NCBI RefSeq assembly: GCF_001194135.2
Contig: NC_068986.1
Location: 7,750,770-7,792,409, forward strand
Reading direction: 5' to 3'
DNA length: 41,640 bases
DNA from: Octopus bimaculoides
Taxonomy: Eukaryota
The position numbers and the translations under genes were made by a program. Under the pieces are notes generated by a model that searched no databases, was not told where the DNA came from, and saw nothing but the letters and a program-made list of their open reading frames with translations. Positions 1-11,725 of the stretch are shown here, piece by piece (within the stretch, counting starts at the first letter, position 1; each line of letters starts with the position of its first letter).

Positions 1-20
1 GGCCATTGCGCCTCCACACA
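1..20 (-). mobile_element. 5' head of a tRNA-derived SINE (family C) running off the window edge
   Basis: Reverse complement tgtgtggaggcgcaatggcc resembles a SINE head leading into an A box; only 20 bp visible. Confidence 0.35.
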
Positions 21-45
21 TACATACATACATACATACATACAC

Positions 46-474
46 AGCTTGTGCCGAATACCACAAATTTGCTCGTCAGTTGTTTGACCATAACGAGTTG
101 AGCATGTCGCTTGGTGGCTGACGATATGTGCATCTCTGATCACGAGCAGAAGTAGTCGGGGAGCATCACAGCCACGTGTTGAGAGGAATTATTTGGATTT
201 TGGATAATTCACCTCTACAAGCATGGGTGACTTGTTCAACATCCTTGAACAACCCTTATTCAGGGACCTTTTGAGCGGAATGAGCTATTTGACATGAAGA
301 GAATTCTAACTGGGCCCCATCTGCAAGGTCATGTGCTGTTTATCTTGATATGAGATCACCATGTTGCGCACATGTGCCTGGTGTACCCTTATCCGACGGG
401 TAGTCATGATGGGTATACTGGGCTTCGTATATTTTACCCGTGTCATTTTGATGGCAAGCACTGATCTCTCATTC

Positions 475-525
<51 letters not shown>
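46..525 (+). mobile_element. Non-coding interspersed repeat ending in (AAT)n, probable retroposon 3' part
   Basis: About 430 bp of complex sequence ends abruptly in a pure (AAT)n tail (476-525) and has no usable ORF. Resemblance to a common octopus repeat is recalled, not searched. Confidence 0.45.
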
Positions 526-1225
526 NNNNNNNNNNNNNNNNNNNNNNNNNNNNNNNNNNNNNNNNNNNNNNNNNNNNNNNNNNNNNNNNNNNNNNNNNNN
601 NNNNNNNNNNNNNNNNNNNNNNNNNNNNNNNNNNNNNNNNNNNNNNNNNNNNNNNNNNNNNNNNNNNNNNNNNNNNNNNNNNNNNNNNNNNNNNNNNNNN
701 NNNNNNNNNNNNNNNNNNNNNNNNNNNNNNNNNNNNNNNNNNNNNNNNNNNNNNNNNNNNNNNNNNNNNNNNNNNNNNNNNNNNNNNNNNNNNNNNNNNN
801 NNNNNNNNNNNNNNNNNNNNNNNNNNNNNNNNNNNNNNNNNNNNNNNNNNNNNNNNNNNNNNNNNNNNNNNNNNNNNNNNNNNNNNNNNNNNNNNNNNNN
901 NNNNNNNNNNNNNNNNNNNNNNNNNNNNNNNNNNNNNNNNNNNNNNNNNNNNNNNNNNNNNNNNNNNNNNNNNNNNNNNNNNNNNNNNNNNNNNNNNNNN
1001 NNNNNNNNNNNNNNNNNNNNNNNNNNNNNNNNNNNNNNNNNNNNNNNNNNNNNNNNNNNNNNNNNNNNNNNNNNNNNNNNNNNNNNNNNNNNNNNNNNNN
1101 NNNNNNNNNNNNNNNNNNNNNNNNNNNNNNNNNNNNNNNNNNNNNNNNNNNNNNNNNNNNNNNNNNNNNNNNNNNNNNNNNNNNNNNNNNNNNNNNNNNN
1201 NNNNNNNNNNNNNNNNNNNNNNNNN
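526..1225. other. Assembly gap (N)
   Basis: Run of N. Confidence 1.
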
Positions 1226-1930
1226 TTACGTGGGTGAAGATCTTCTTTAGCCTTGGATGCTGGTGTTTCTCCTTTTCCTACCCATTGTCTTCGGCGCTTG
1301 ACATTTTTATAGAGAACCCATTTCTCGTTATCAATCCCTATTCGGTTCAAAAGGATTCATTCGTGAGACGTGACACCAAAGAAGAGCACACATTCACTCT
1401 CTGCGCGCGATTAGACTCAGAAAGTTTATGAGGAACCGATTGACCTAATTTGCTGACTTTTCCGATGGCACGCATCAGTCGAGGAATGGTTGAATGACCA
1501 AATCCAAGCTTCTCTGCTAGTTCTTCAACAGTTACGATGGGATTTTATTCCACTACGGTTTGCAGGACATGCCCGTCGAGCTCTACAGATTTTCCAGGAC
1601 GAGGCTCGACTTCTAGGCTGTAGTTTCCAGCTCGGAATTTCTGGAACTACCGTTGAAACTGGCTTACGCTTATTGTCCATCCCCCATATACTGCATTAAT
1701 ATTCCTCGCACTTTCCGTTGCGTTGTTTCTTTTATTGAACTCATAAAGCAAAATATGCCGAATATGTTCCTTTGTCACTTCTATTATAGCTTTAAAAAAA
1801 TAACTGTTAAAATTGAACTCCCTTCTTCAAAGCTTGCACTAATAATAAGTACAAGTAAATAATGCAGTGTTTTTCAATTGCATGAACTAAAAGTAGGACG
1901 GGAACGGGATAAACTATCTACATCAACTTG
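1226..1930 (-). mobile_element. Mariner (Tc1/mariner) transposon remnant: left end and N-terminal transposase up to the first catalytic Asp region
   Basis: Minus strand from ~1784 (start codon mutated to ATA): EVTKEHIRHILLYEFNKRNNATESARNINAVYGG..FQKFRAGNYSLEVEPRPG..IVTVEELAEKLGFGHST..IGKVSKLGQSVPHKLS..NRIGIDNEKWVLYKNVKRRRQW..AKEDLHPR. WVPHxL-like and DEKW-like motifs; stops and frameshifts; truncated by the gap. Confidence 0.9.
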
Positions 1931-1954
1931 CTATAAAAACAGGAAGTATATATA

Positions 1955-2351
1955 GGCGCAGCGTGGCTATGCGGTAAGTAGCTTGCTTACCAACCTCAGT
2001 GTTCTGGGCTCAGTCCCAATGCGTGGTACCTTGGGCTAGTGTCTACTACTATAGTATCGGGCCAACCAATGCCTTGTAAGTAGAATTGGTAGATGAAAAT
2101 TGAAAGAAGCCCATCGTGTACATATGTGTGTGTGTGTGTGTGTGTGTATTTGTGAGTGTGTGTCTGTATTTGTGGCCCCACCATCGGTTGACAACCGATG
2201 TTAGTGTGTTTACGTCCCCGAAAATTGGCGGTTCGGCAAAAGTGACCAATAGAATAAGTCCTAGGCTAACAAAGAATAAGTCCTGGGGTTGATTTGTTCG
2301 ACTAAAGGGGGCGCACCACCGAAACAAGTAAAAGAATTAAAGAATAAAAGA

Positions 2352-2353
<2 letters not shown>
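1955..2353 (+). mobile_element. tRNA-derived SINE, family A, near full length
   Basis: A-box-like gtggctatgcggta and B-box-like gggctcagtccc, internal (TG)n, tail gaaacaagtaaaagaat; homologous copies at 7777-8192, 34639-34678 and 38371-38731. Confidence 0.85.
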
Positions 2354-2394
<41 letters not shown>

Positions 2395-2403
2395 AGCATA
2401 TAT

Positions 2404-2501
2404 NNNNNNNNNNNNNNNNNNNNNNNNNNNNNNNNNNNNNNNNNNNNNNNNNNNNNNNNNNNNNNNNNNNNNNNNNNNNNNNNNNNNNNNNNNNNNNNNN
2501 N
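2404..2501. other. Assembly gap (N)
   Basis: Run of N. Confidence 1.
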
Positions 2502-2535
<34 letters not shown>

Positions 2536-3017
2536 TATTATTAATATGTGATTTATTCATAGACATTTTATCCAACTTAAAAACCAAGTTAGAGGACTGA
2601 GACTAAATAGTTCACTGTTCAATCATTCCTGTAAACACCGATATTTAATTAATTAGCAATCACAAAGAATGAACAAATTTTCAACAACGATTTCAGTTGG
2701 GCTATCTTAATTAGGTTTTATTGTATTGAAATATATACTCACTCGCTGCTTTTTTATTCAGCATCAGTTGAAAAATTAGTCATAGTAATCGTAGTACGAA
2801 AAAAAGGCATTCAATTCTATTAAGACTGCCTGGTCAACTTTACATTGTTGCATATTATGCAGGACAGTGTGGAGGCGCGCTAAGCAGTGCTAAGTGAAAT
2901 TGCAATGTTTCTATCACTTCGCGTATGCTTGTTGCACGTCGATGAGGAGATAACCTACCTACCTACCTACATACATACATACATACATACATACATACAA
3001 ACATACATACATACAAA

Positions 3018-3445
3018 CGTGATGCAGAAACCTTCACTATAGCAGTAAGCAAACTGCAGAATGGAAGGCACCTGGAAGGGACCTAATAGTTGGATATTGG
3101 TACAAGAAGCTGACATTTTATAGAAACCAATTCATATGTATGTTAAAAAAGACTATGGAAGGTCAGACTGATATACCAAATTGGCTTGCAACAGCAAGGA
3201 CAAATCTTGTTGCCAAAAATGAAATCACCGAGATGGTAGGAAATTACAGGCCCATTGCTTGCCTAAACATTATGTACAAACTGTACACAAGTTGCCTTAA
3301 CCTATTCTTCCAGGACCATTGTTAGTCGGACAACATTGTGACTGATGAACAGGCTGGTGGAAAGAAGGGAGTGCGGTGATGTACCGAACAACTTTTAATA
3401 AGCAAAGCTGTACTGTCTGAAGTAAGAAAACAACGCAGAAACATT
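3018..3445 (+). mobile_element. R4/Dong-type non-LTR retrotransposon RT fragment (N-terminal RT subdomains)
   Basis: WKAPGRDLIVGYWYKKLTFYR..IPNWLATARTNLVAK..NYRPIACLNIMYKLYTSCL..EQAGGKKGV..CTEQLLISKAVLSEVRKQRRN; stops and frameshift; preceded by an (ATAC)n tract. Confidence 0.8.
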
Positions 3446-4225
3446 GTAAGCCATCCATACAGTGTAAAAAGAAGGATTGCTCAGTGCCTAAATCCCCGGG
3501 CAAAGAATATAAGTAGTGATACACACCACGAAGAAATGATCAAGCTAAGTAGCTATCTATTAAGCAACAACTACACCAAAAACATACTCTCCACTCCAAT
3601 TAGGAAGAGGAGAGGGGGTGAAACCCTTAAACTGATCACAGTGTGTCTATCCTATGTGAAAAGCCTCTCGGAAAAGATACAAAAGATATGCGGTCCATAT
3701 GACATCAGGACAGTATTCAAGAGTAATACAACACTTCTCAAATATTTCCTTCGAGTAAAACCACCAATAGAGTGGAATATGAACAAAGACTGCATGTACT
3801 CCATCCTGTGCAGCTGTGATAGGTTTTATAAAAGCGAAACATGCTGCCCGCTCAAAATAAGGGCAGAGGAACATCGTAAAGATATGACATGAGGAGACGT
3901 TAAAAAATCGGGTATAGCTGATCATGTATCGAAAAATGGAGACTACCTTGCCCCGTGGGATGAAGTTGAAATAATAGACAGGAAACACCACTGGAAAATA
4001 CGAAAACTAAAAGAGGCAGCACATATGGTAGGGCACAATAACCTCCTAAGCAGACCGAGTGCAGATATGAGTAGAATATGGGATGTACTCTTCAGCCTTC
4101 ATCAGGTGTTCTTGGTGGAATTTCGAACCTAATCTCATGAAGGCTGGAGAGTACATCAGTGCTAACAGCAAATAAGATGAGGACACCTGTCTGTCCATTG
4201 TAAATAATGTATATAATTCCTCATC
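3446..4225 (+). mobile_element. Penelope-like element 3' part: RT thumb, GIY-YIG endonuclease and tail
   Basis: SHPYSVKRRIAQCL..VCLSYVKSLSEKIQKICGPYDIRTVFKS..DCMYSILCSCDRFYKSETCCPLKIRAEEHRK..KSGIADHV..WDEVEIIDRKHHWKIRKLKEAAHM, followed by a hammerhead-like tail at 4133-4165. Confidence 0.9.
4082..4157. repeat. 25-bp inverted repeat made of two hammerhead-core halves
   Basis: 4082-4106 reverse-complements to cctgatgaaggctgaagagtacatc; 4133-4157 is tctcatgaaggctggagagtacatc. Confidence 0.8.
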
Positions 4226-5011
4226 CCCAAAATATAGAATAGTATCAGTAGAAGTGTTGAGAGAAGCACATTTCGTATTGCATGGGGTCAATTTTGAAAT
4301 TAGATGAATATTTCATTCGATGAAATCTGGGATACATAACTGTGTAGCAGCTGCACAGTCTCGTAGAACAGGTTGTGTCTCCATTTTGTCGACAGCTAGC
4401 AACTAATCAAGTTTCAAGTATTTTATGATCTTTGAGACGCAGTTTTGACACGTTATATACATAGAAGATCACAGTAAGAACTCATCACATATCATCAGAA
4501 GTTTGAAGTGGAATATTGAATTTAATCACATAATTATTTGTCTGTTTCTTGTGTAAATGTGATTCCATATACAAAAATGCTTCGAACTTTTCAGATTTTA
4601 ATTTCGTTAACATCTAATTGTTGCTGTTATTTCTTTCACTTTTTTCGGCACTTTTTTCTATAGAGACAAATACAGATGCGTACACACACACACACACACA
4701 CACGCACACACACACGCGCACACACACGCAAACGCACGCACAAACACACACAAGCACACGCACACATGTATAAACTAATGTAGTGGCAATTAAATTCTTT
4801 CTTTAGACTTTGCTATACAAGTTATAATCTGTTTTCTTTAACAATCCTGATTTTTTTTCCGGGAATGTTTTACAGAAATGTCAAATGACTCAATTATTCG
4901 ATAATATTCCTCATTTCTACTCGAAATACAAATATCCAAGCAATCATCTTCGATGTTGACGGTCATTGATGAGCAGCGCCATGTCACACTGAATTTATGT
5001 ACGCCTGAGAG

Positions 5012-5330
5012 GGGGCGCGTGGCTTAGTGCTTAGGGTATTCGGCTCACAATTGTAAGGCACTGAGTTCGATTCCCGGCTGTGTGTTGTGTCCTTCAGCAA
5101 GACGCTATATTTCACTCTGCTGCAGTCCACTCATCTACCAAAAATGAGATGTACCAGTAATATCAAAGCACCACACTGTGTCATGCTGAACCATCCTGAG
5201 AATTATATTAAGAGTACTTGGGTTTTGGGAGTGATCAGCCACTTGCACGTTAATTCCAGGAGCAGGCTGTTTCTGTTGCGTTAATCGGATCAACTGGAAT
5301 ACACGCAGTCGTAACCGACGGAGAACCAGT
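5012..5330 (+). mobile_element. tRNA-derived SINE, family C (CORE-like central segment)
   Basis: A box gtggcttagtgctta, B box gagttcgattccc, central gtgtccttcagcaagacgctatatttcactctgctgcagtccactca; related head at 41225-41340. Confidence 0.75.
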
Positions 5331-6509
5331 TAATGTACGTCCATCAATAATCTCTAGAACGGAGGTTAGTAGGGGTTGCTTTAGTCACAACTAAAAGACT
5401 CCTCAGCAAAACTAACAACCACTACTTAACAACAATTCCAATTACTATTTAGAAGAATTACTATATTACTAGCGAATAGAAATAGAAAATTGATATATTA
5501 AAGAAAACTGGGTGAATTTGAAACAATGACTACGTTAGAATTTCCGCAGAGCAATGAAGGTCACGGCTTTCAGATCAAAGACTTCCAATTATGAAAGGAA
5601 TTCCATTGCGTTACCAATGTACATTAAGAATGTATTCAGTTGTAAAACAAAATGCCCATTGTACTTGGAAAGTAATATATTTAGGGCAATTGGAATTGAC
5701 CAAGTTTATAGCAGTCAGCTGACTTCATTGAATGTACTTTCGTGGCGTATTGTTCTCAAGGATAATAATACGTTTGCTCAACAGTAAATTTTATACAATC
5801 GATATTTCTATCGATTAAATCAAATATATACCAATTCCATTATAAAATGAAGACTGGTCCTTAACACTTGAAATTAATAGACCACTTCGATTCCCAAAGG
5901 AAACAACTTGTATATGGTGCAGTTTGTTTGGGGGTAGGCCTGCAATTAACATCTTACCCCTATCTTCTACTTAAACTGTCTGCCTGTATTCATATCTACA
6001 ACAGAACTAATGTGTGCATCAAAAGGCATACAATTTGCATTAAATTCAGATATGCAGAAACTGAATTCTTTGAAGATTCCATTAATGTACAAATAAATCA
6101 TTGCATATTATCGGGCTTTCACAAAATTCGGATTAACGATGTCACGTGGTTTAAACACTTACTAATTGTTTTCCTAAATTTTAAATATTTGAGAGAGACT
6201 TGATTTTTTTTATTTCTCCACAACAAATTCACAAAGTTTCTTATGACAACGTACACACACGCTCACAACAATAGGGTCAAAGGAAAGCTAAGGCTTTGTT
6301 CGGTAAATTATAATCAAGATACATTGCTTTGGAGTTAGTTTCTTGCGTCGTTCTTTTCTTATATGTCGAGCACCGACACAACGCAATGGAGATTACTTTC
6401 TAAAGTTATATCGAAATTCTTAAAAGTTCCTCAACGTGCCATAAATATGTTTCATAAACATATAAGGCTTTTAATCGGATGACAAATGGAATTATAATAA
6501 TTCATGTCC

Positions 6510-6690
6510 AGCTCTGGAGTACATCCATTTGTGGAGTCCTGGAGTAGAGTACCGGAGTGCAGCCTGTGGTACAGTACTGGAGTATTGGAGTGCACTACTG
6601 GAATATAGTCTGTGGTAGGATATTGGAATGTAGTCTGCAAAAGTGTATTGGAGTACAGCTAGAATTGCAGTATTAGAGTACAATCAGTAA
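6510..6690. repeat. Degenerate minisatellite built on ctggagta/ttggagta motifs
   Basis: Repeated (c/t)tggagta and ctgtggta units. Confidence 0.7.
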
Positions 6691-7689
6691 CAGAGATCAA
6701 ATGCATTCTAATATTTAGTTACAGTACTTTAAATTATGATTTCAAGTGTTATCGATGTCACCCCGCCCTATTCTCTTTCCTGAGTCACTAAAATAAAAGT
6801 ACCAGTCATAAATTGAAGACACTGTAAACAGTTGTTCCTCGCCTTAAAAATGTGTAGCCGTGTCTTTATTTCCAGTTAAATAAAGGACCAGTAAAATACT
6901 GGGGTCATTTTAATCCCTTACACAATGTTACAAAACTGTTATAAATCCTTTTCTGCAATCATTTGATGTTTCCATTGTATATAACACCTTCGTCCAATTA
7001 GATCCATACATTTACCGCCATTAAGCTATTTTACCAATAAACGCTCCCCTGTAGTATGATCCATGACGATCTATTCTTTTGACTTCTGGCTACAACTTCG
7101 GTTAAGACCTGTTGGTCATCTTCTGAAAGACTTTGTTTGTAAATATCGGGACAGCATAGCCCAAGTGCCGACAGACAATCAGTTGGAAGACACCATGGTG
7201 TAATATTCGGATTTTGAATTGGCATAGTGGGCCTGGTTCTCACCCAGTGTCTCTGCCCAAGCTGTGACTTACTTCCTCTCATCCTAAGACACCTTGAAGT
7301 AGCATTTATTACGTTCTTATGATGATTGTCCCACTATTGGTTACTGCCATGTCCAGTACATTGCAAACGATTAGAGAAACTGGACAAAGAAATCATTGCA
7401 TCCCCTCTCGATTGGCTCAAAACATGTTCGCCACTCAATTTTCGCCAGTTTTCCAACATTTCATTACATTCCTCATAATATATTATTCTATAGATAGTCA
7501 TTAATTTATGACATATAAAGCATACATGCATACATTCATACATATATATACATTCCTACATATATACATATATACTTGTCCACACACATATAGTTAGTAG
7601 TTAATAGAGCATATGGTATACACCTGGCAGTTTTCCGGTAAAGCACGTTCACTGCTTCAGTGTTCGTCGGCTATGTGATTAATGAGAGA

Positions 7690-7775
7690 GAAACAGAAGA
7701 TGGAATGTAAGAGAATCTTTATTGATCACTATAATCGTTTCGACCCATCTAGCATCGATCATTGTCTGGTGAGAT
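7690..7775 (-). mobile_element. Orphan Penelope-like 3' tail remnant
   Basis: Reverse complement ..ggtcgaaacgattatagtgatcaataaagattctcttacattccatcttctgt matches 22651-22705 (cgaaacagttgtcgtgattaataataaaaatcctcatatattccatcttctgt). Confidence 0.5.
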
Positions 7776-7776
7776 G

Positions 7777-8003
7777 CTTGTTTCACTCATTTGAATGCGG
7801 CTTTGCGGGGCTACCACCTTGAAGAGTTTTGGTAGAACGAATCGACCATTGGATGTATTTTATGAAGCCTAGTATTTATTCTACCAGCGTCTTTCGCCGA
7901 ACTGCTAAGTTACAGGGACATAAACACACCAACACCGGTTGTCAAGCGGTAGTAGAGGACACAAACAACATACAAACACACACATGTTTGTGTGTGTGTG
8001 TGC

Positions 8004-8037
<34 letters not shown>

Positions 8038-8192
8038 CGGGCTTCTTTCAGTTCTGTCTACCAAATCCACTCACAAGGCTTTAGTTGACCCCATGCTATA
8101 ATAGAAGGCACTTACCCAAGGTGCAACGCAGTGGTACCGAACCCGGAACTATGTGGTTGCGAAGCAAGCTTCTTACAACACAGCCGTGCCTG
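7777..8192 (-). mobile_element. tRNA-derived SINE, family A
   Basis: Reverse-complement homolog of 1955-2353 including head, internal CA/TA repeat and tail. Confidence 0.85.
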
Positions 8193-8314
8193 TATAAAAT
8201 TGAACCGATGACTACATTATATATATTAAGCCCACCCCATATGCACACACAAACACATGCACGCCCAAACACACAAACACACACACATACACAACATATA
8301 AACAACACATACAC

Positions 8315-8383
<69 letters not shown>

Positions 8384-8554
8384 GCACAGAAACGCGCTCA
8401 TATTTCTTTATACTTATCGTTTCTTGATGAGAAACCGTGTATTGAAACAAATTTGGCCATATTTTGTTAGGGTCGGTCAATAGAATGACCCTTCCAAATG
8501 CAGCACTAAACGCACGCCCACACGCACATATGCACACACACATACACACACACA

Positions 8555-8585
<31 letters not shown>

Positions 8586-8952
8586 GTATCTATATGTGTA
8601 TGTGCGCCTTTCAATATTTTTCATATAATATATATATATATATATACACATATAATATATATACATATATGTATATATACATATATATGTGTACATATAT
8701 GTCTGTGTGTGTGTGTATACACATAAATATATATTACCAATAAGTGGTGGCAAACTTGTAGACTTTTATTGATATGGGGGAATGATATAAAATCTAGTTT
8801 TAGTGTGTGTAGCGCCTTTATATGAGCCAAGTCATGCGTGAATTATGGAGGCAAATATAAATATAGTTGGTGAAACTAAACTACTAATGGCATTGAATAT
8901 ATCAATGAGTAGGTCTGAATGTAAGATATGAAGATAATATAAAAACAACACA

Positions 8953-8990
<38 letters not shown>

Positions 8991-9859
8991 CACACAGAGA
9001 GTTATACTTATACATACACTCTCCCACTCAACCAGAACCATACCTACGTGTGTACACACACATACAAACTCACACTCCCCCCACACGCATACAGATTTAT
9101 AGCCATATATACATATATAGACAGAGACATATAGGTACATACATACATATATACTTAGTATATATACATTCATATATACGTGTATGCATAAATTCATACA
9201 CGCACATGCCTATGTACACACACAAACGCACATAAATATAAATAGATAGATGTGTGAACAATGCATTTTAATTTGTCGATTAATCTAATTAAGTGAATTC
9301 ATTTCCAGTGAATTACTTTGATGCACTACTCTATAGTGTATGGGTTGTGAAGTATTTCTAAATGTTTTACACATTGCAAACACGGATAAAACAATATTCG
9401 CGCCATTTATTTTGAGAAATCTATAAATGCGTTCGCGTTCTCTCAAAATTTAATTACTTGTATAGTCTTCTTGTATATTCGAGTTATATATTAATTGTTA
9501 TATATTCTTTCTGGAGAGATAAGTGCATAAGCATTGACTGTAAAGATGAAATATGAAAATATGCTGAAGTAGTATTGATTTTAGAGAGAAAGACCATTGC
9601 TGTTAAAATCTCCCTTAGCTCGTTAATACAAAGTATGTATAACACATATACCTAATAATCTACTAATCGTATACAAGTTGTTCTTAATACTTTTGGGTTT
9701 CGAAATGAGAAAGAATTTACCATTTCTATCATCATAACAAGTGATCTTACATATTGCAATGATGAATGCTATTGCTACTGTGATTATTTTTGTTTGTTTT
9801 TTTCGTATTTCTCCTCCTTTTTTACTCCGTTTTCCGGTAAGGACAGCATAAACTAATAA

Positions 9860-10050
9860 TGGTTTCAAATTTTTGCACAAGGCCAGCAGTTTCGGTGAAG
9901 GGTGCGAGTTGATTCAATCGAACCCAGTGCTTAACTGGTTCTTATTTTATCGACCCCGAAGGAATGATAGGTGAAGTGGACCTTGGCGGAATTTGAATTC
10001 GGAAAATAAAGACGGACGAAAAGCTTCTATGCATTTGTCCGGCGTACTAC
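9860..10050 (-). mobile_element. SINE family B copy
   Basis: Reverse complement contains ttcaaattccgccaaggtccacttcacct..ttcggggtcgataaaataagaaccagttaagcactggg, shared with 11200-11350 and 31846-31995. Confidence 0.75.
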
Positions 10051-10974
10051 TGATTAATTAATATTCTCACATCTTCCTTGTTTCTATAACATCTAAAGAA
10101 CCACAGTGCTATATACTTCCATTATATGGTTAGCAAAGTCTTTCATTTAAACTATGTTTGGTGTAATTTACGTTCACCAGAAACTCGCTTCATGGCATAT
10201 CATTTTTTCTTCCCCGTCTCTTTGTTCGACTTGCGACAGTCATATGTATCTTTAGTGTGTCTTGACCCCTAATCTAATCAGATTATCTACTTTATATGAC
10301 ATTTCAAGATGTTCCTGTCATATGTCAGCAGAAATATTATCAGATATTATCTCCAATTATGAATATCACCTCGAGAATTTTACAGAATTTTGTCAGGCAA
10401 TATTTTTGTATATTCATTCTGATTCACCTTAATGTATTTACATTGCTTCAGACTCACACTATTTTCACACTGTGTATGGTACAGTGTTATTTTTCTGTAC
10501 CATATACGGTATATTATTAATTTCATTCCTAGCATTGACGAGAACGCTGCCAGTAATATTCATTCGTCATTTCTACTTCGAAATTCTCATCTAATTATTT
10601 TCGTCGCCCAATATCTTAATGTTATTACTGCGTGGAATCCATAGTTTATTTTGCGGTATTGTTTAAATCTTTCCTCTTTGTTGCTTTTAATGTTGTAGTT
10701 TTTTTTTCGTGCCTTGTACTTTTATGTAGTTTTGTTGTTATCTAACATCTCTGAGATCGAATTCTGTCATGACTGATTCACCTTTCGTTTTTCTCGATTC
10801 GATAAAATAATTTATGTTAAAATGTAAGATTATAAAAACAATTCACACAACACACACTAATGTAATAACGATAGGCAAAATATGAAATAATTTCTCGCCG
10901 TAATCAACTTAATGTCTCGGAGCAATGTACTTGTAGCTTTCTTAATGTGTTTCACACTATCACAAGCAACCTTG

Positions 10975-11095
10975 CTCCGGTTCTGAATTCAAACCATGTG
11001 AGTCATTGTTGCTTTTCTTCCCCGAGATCGATAAAGTAAAGTTTAAGTCGAGTAATGTGATCGATTTAATGAGCTACCGATGAGCTAAAGGGCTA
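10975..11095 (+). mobile_element. Degraded SINE family B fragment
   Basis: ttctgaattcaaacc..ttgcttttcttccccgagatcgataaagtaaag..gtgatcgattt parallels the family B body. Confidence 0.45.
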
Positions 11096-11199
11096 GCATT
11101 GTACGCTATAACCCAAATACCCTACACGACTTTGAGGCTTAGATGCTAGGTGTATGACATACAAATTGTGGTACACGGCGGTCACACAGATATCTATGT

Positions 11200-11350
11200 A
11201 TAGCACACCGGTCAAAACACTTAGCGGCTCCGCTGTGGTCAACTTTGCCTTTCGTCCTTTCGGGGTCGATAAAATAAGTACCAGTTGAACACTGAGGTTG
11301 ACGTAATTGACTTATCTTCTTCCTTGAACTTGAAAAATTTGAAACCAATA
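11200..11350 (+). mobile_element. SINE family B copy
   Basis: ggtcaactttgcctttcgtcctttcggggtcgataaaataagtaccagttgaacactgaggttgacgtaattgactt. Confidence 0.8.
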
Positions 11351-11648
11351 TTTATATGTAAAGTGTTATATCACTCATAACTCACACACACACACACACA
11401 CTGTATTATTCCTATTTCTACACTTTGACTCTGTAAAATCAGATTGTACTAAAACATGTAATGCAAAAGAAAACTAATTCGGTTACTGTGATCTTTTAGA
11501 ATGTTTCAAAATCTGTGTTCATTTGTTCAGTTTCAAATCTGGAGCCAGCGTAATTTATGTAAACCATACTTCTGTGTTTTCAAATATTTAATAAACAAGA
11601 ACAATAATTCTATCGGCGTCAAAGTTTCAGTTTAGGGGTCGGCACCAT

Positions 11649-11725
11649 TTCTTCTTCTTCTTCTTCTTCTTCTTCTTCTTCTTCTTCTTCTTCTTCTTCT
11701 TCTTCTTCTTCTTCTTCTTCTTCTT
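11649..11725. repeat. (CTT)n microsatellite
   Basis: Pure trinucleotide run; explains the poly-Glu ORF 11619-11804. Confidence 0.98.

Noticed and set aside
361-1431. Long ORFs in the track spanning N gaps (also 22549-23076, 32765-34010, 38403-39944)
   Set aside because: They are open only because N codons are not stops; only the mariner portion at 1226-1350 is real.
1955-2030. tRNA gene calls at SINE heads (also 5012, 30587, 34639, 41225)
   Set aside because: A/B boxes are present but there is no complete cloverleaf, and each continues into a multi-copy SINE body.
4046-4291. Protein-like frames (MS4A-like FWG*GIIYII on minus, receptor-like on plus)
   Set aside because: Most of the interval is the Penelope 3' tail and inverted hammerhead repeat; the motifs are short and interrupted.
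6510-6690. Overlapping ORFs 6452-6683
   Set aside because: By-product of a degenerate ctggagta minisatellite.
8085-9235. ORFs rich in HT, CV, YI, LS repeats here and throughout the window
   Set aside because: Translations of (CA)n, (TA)n and (CT)n microsatellites.
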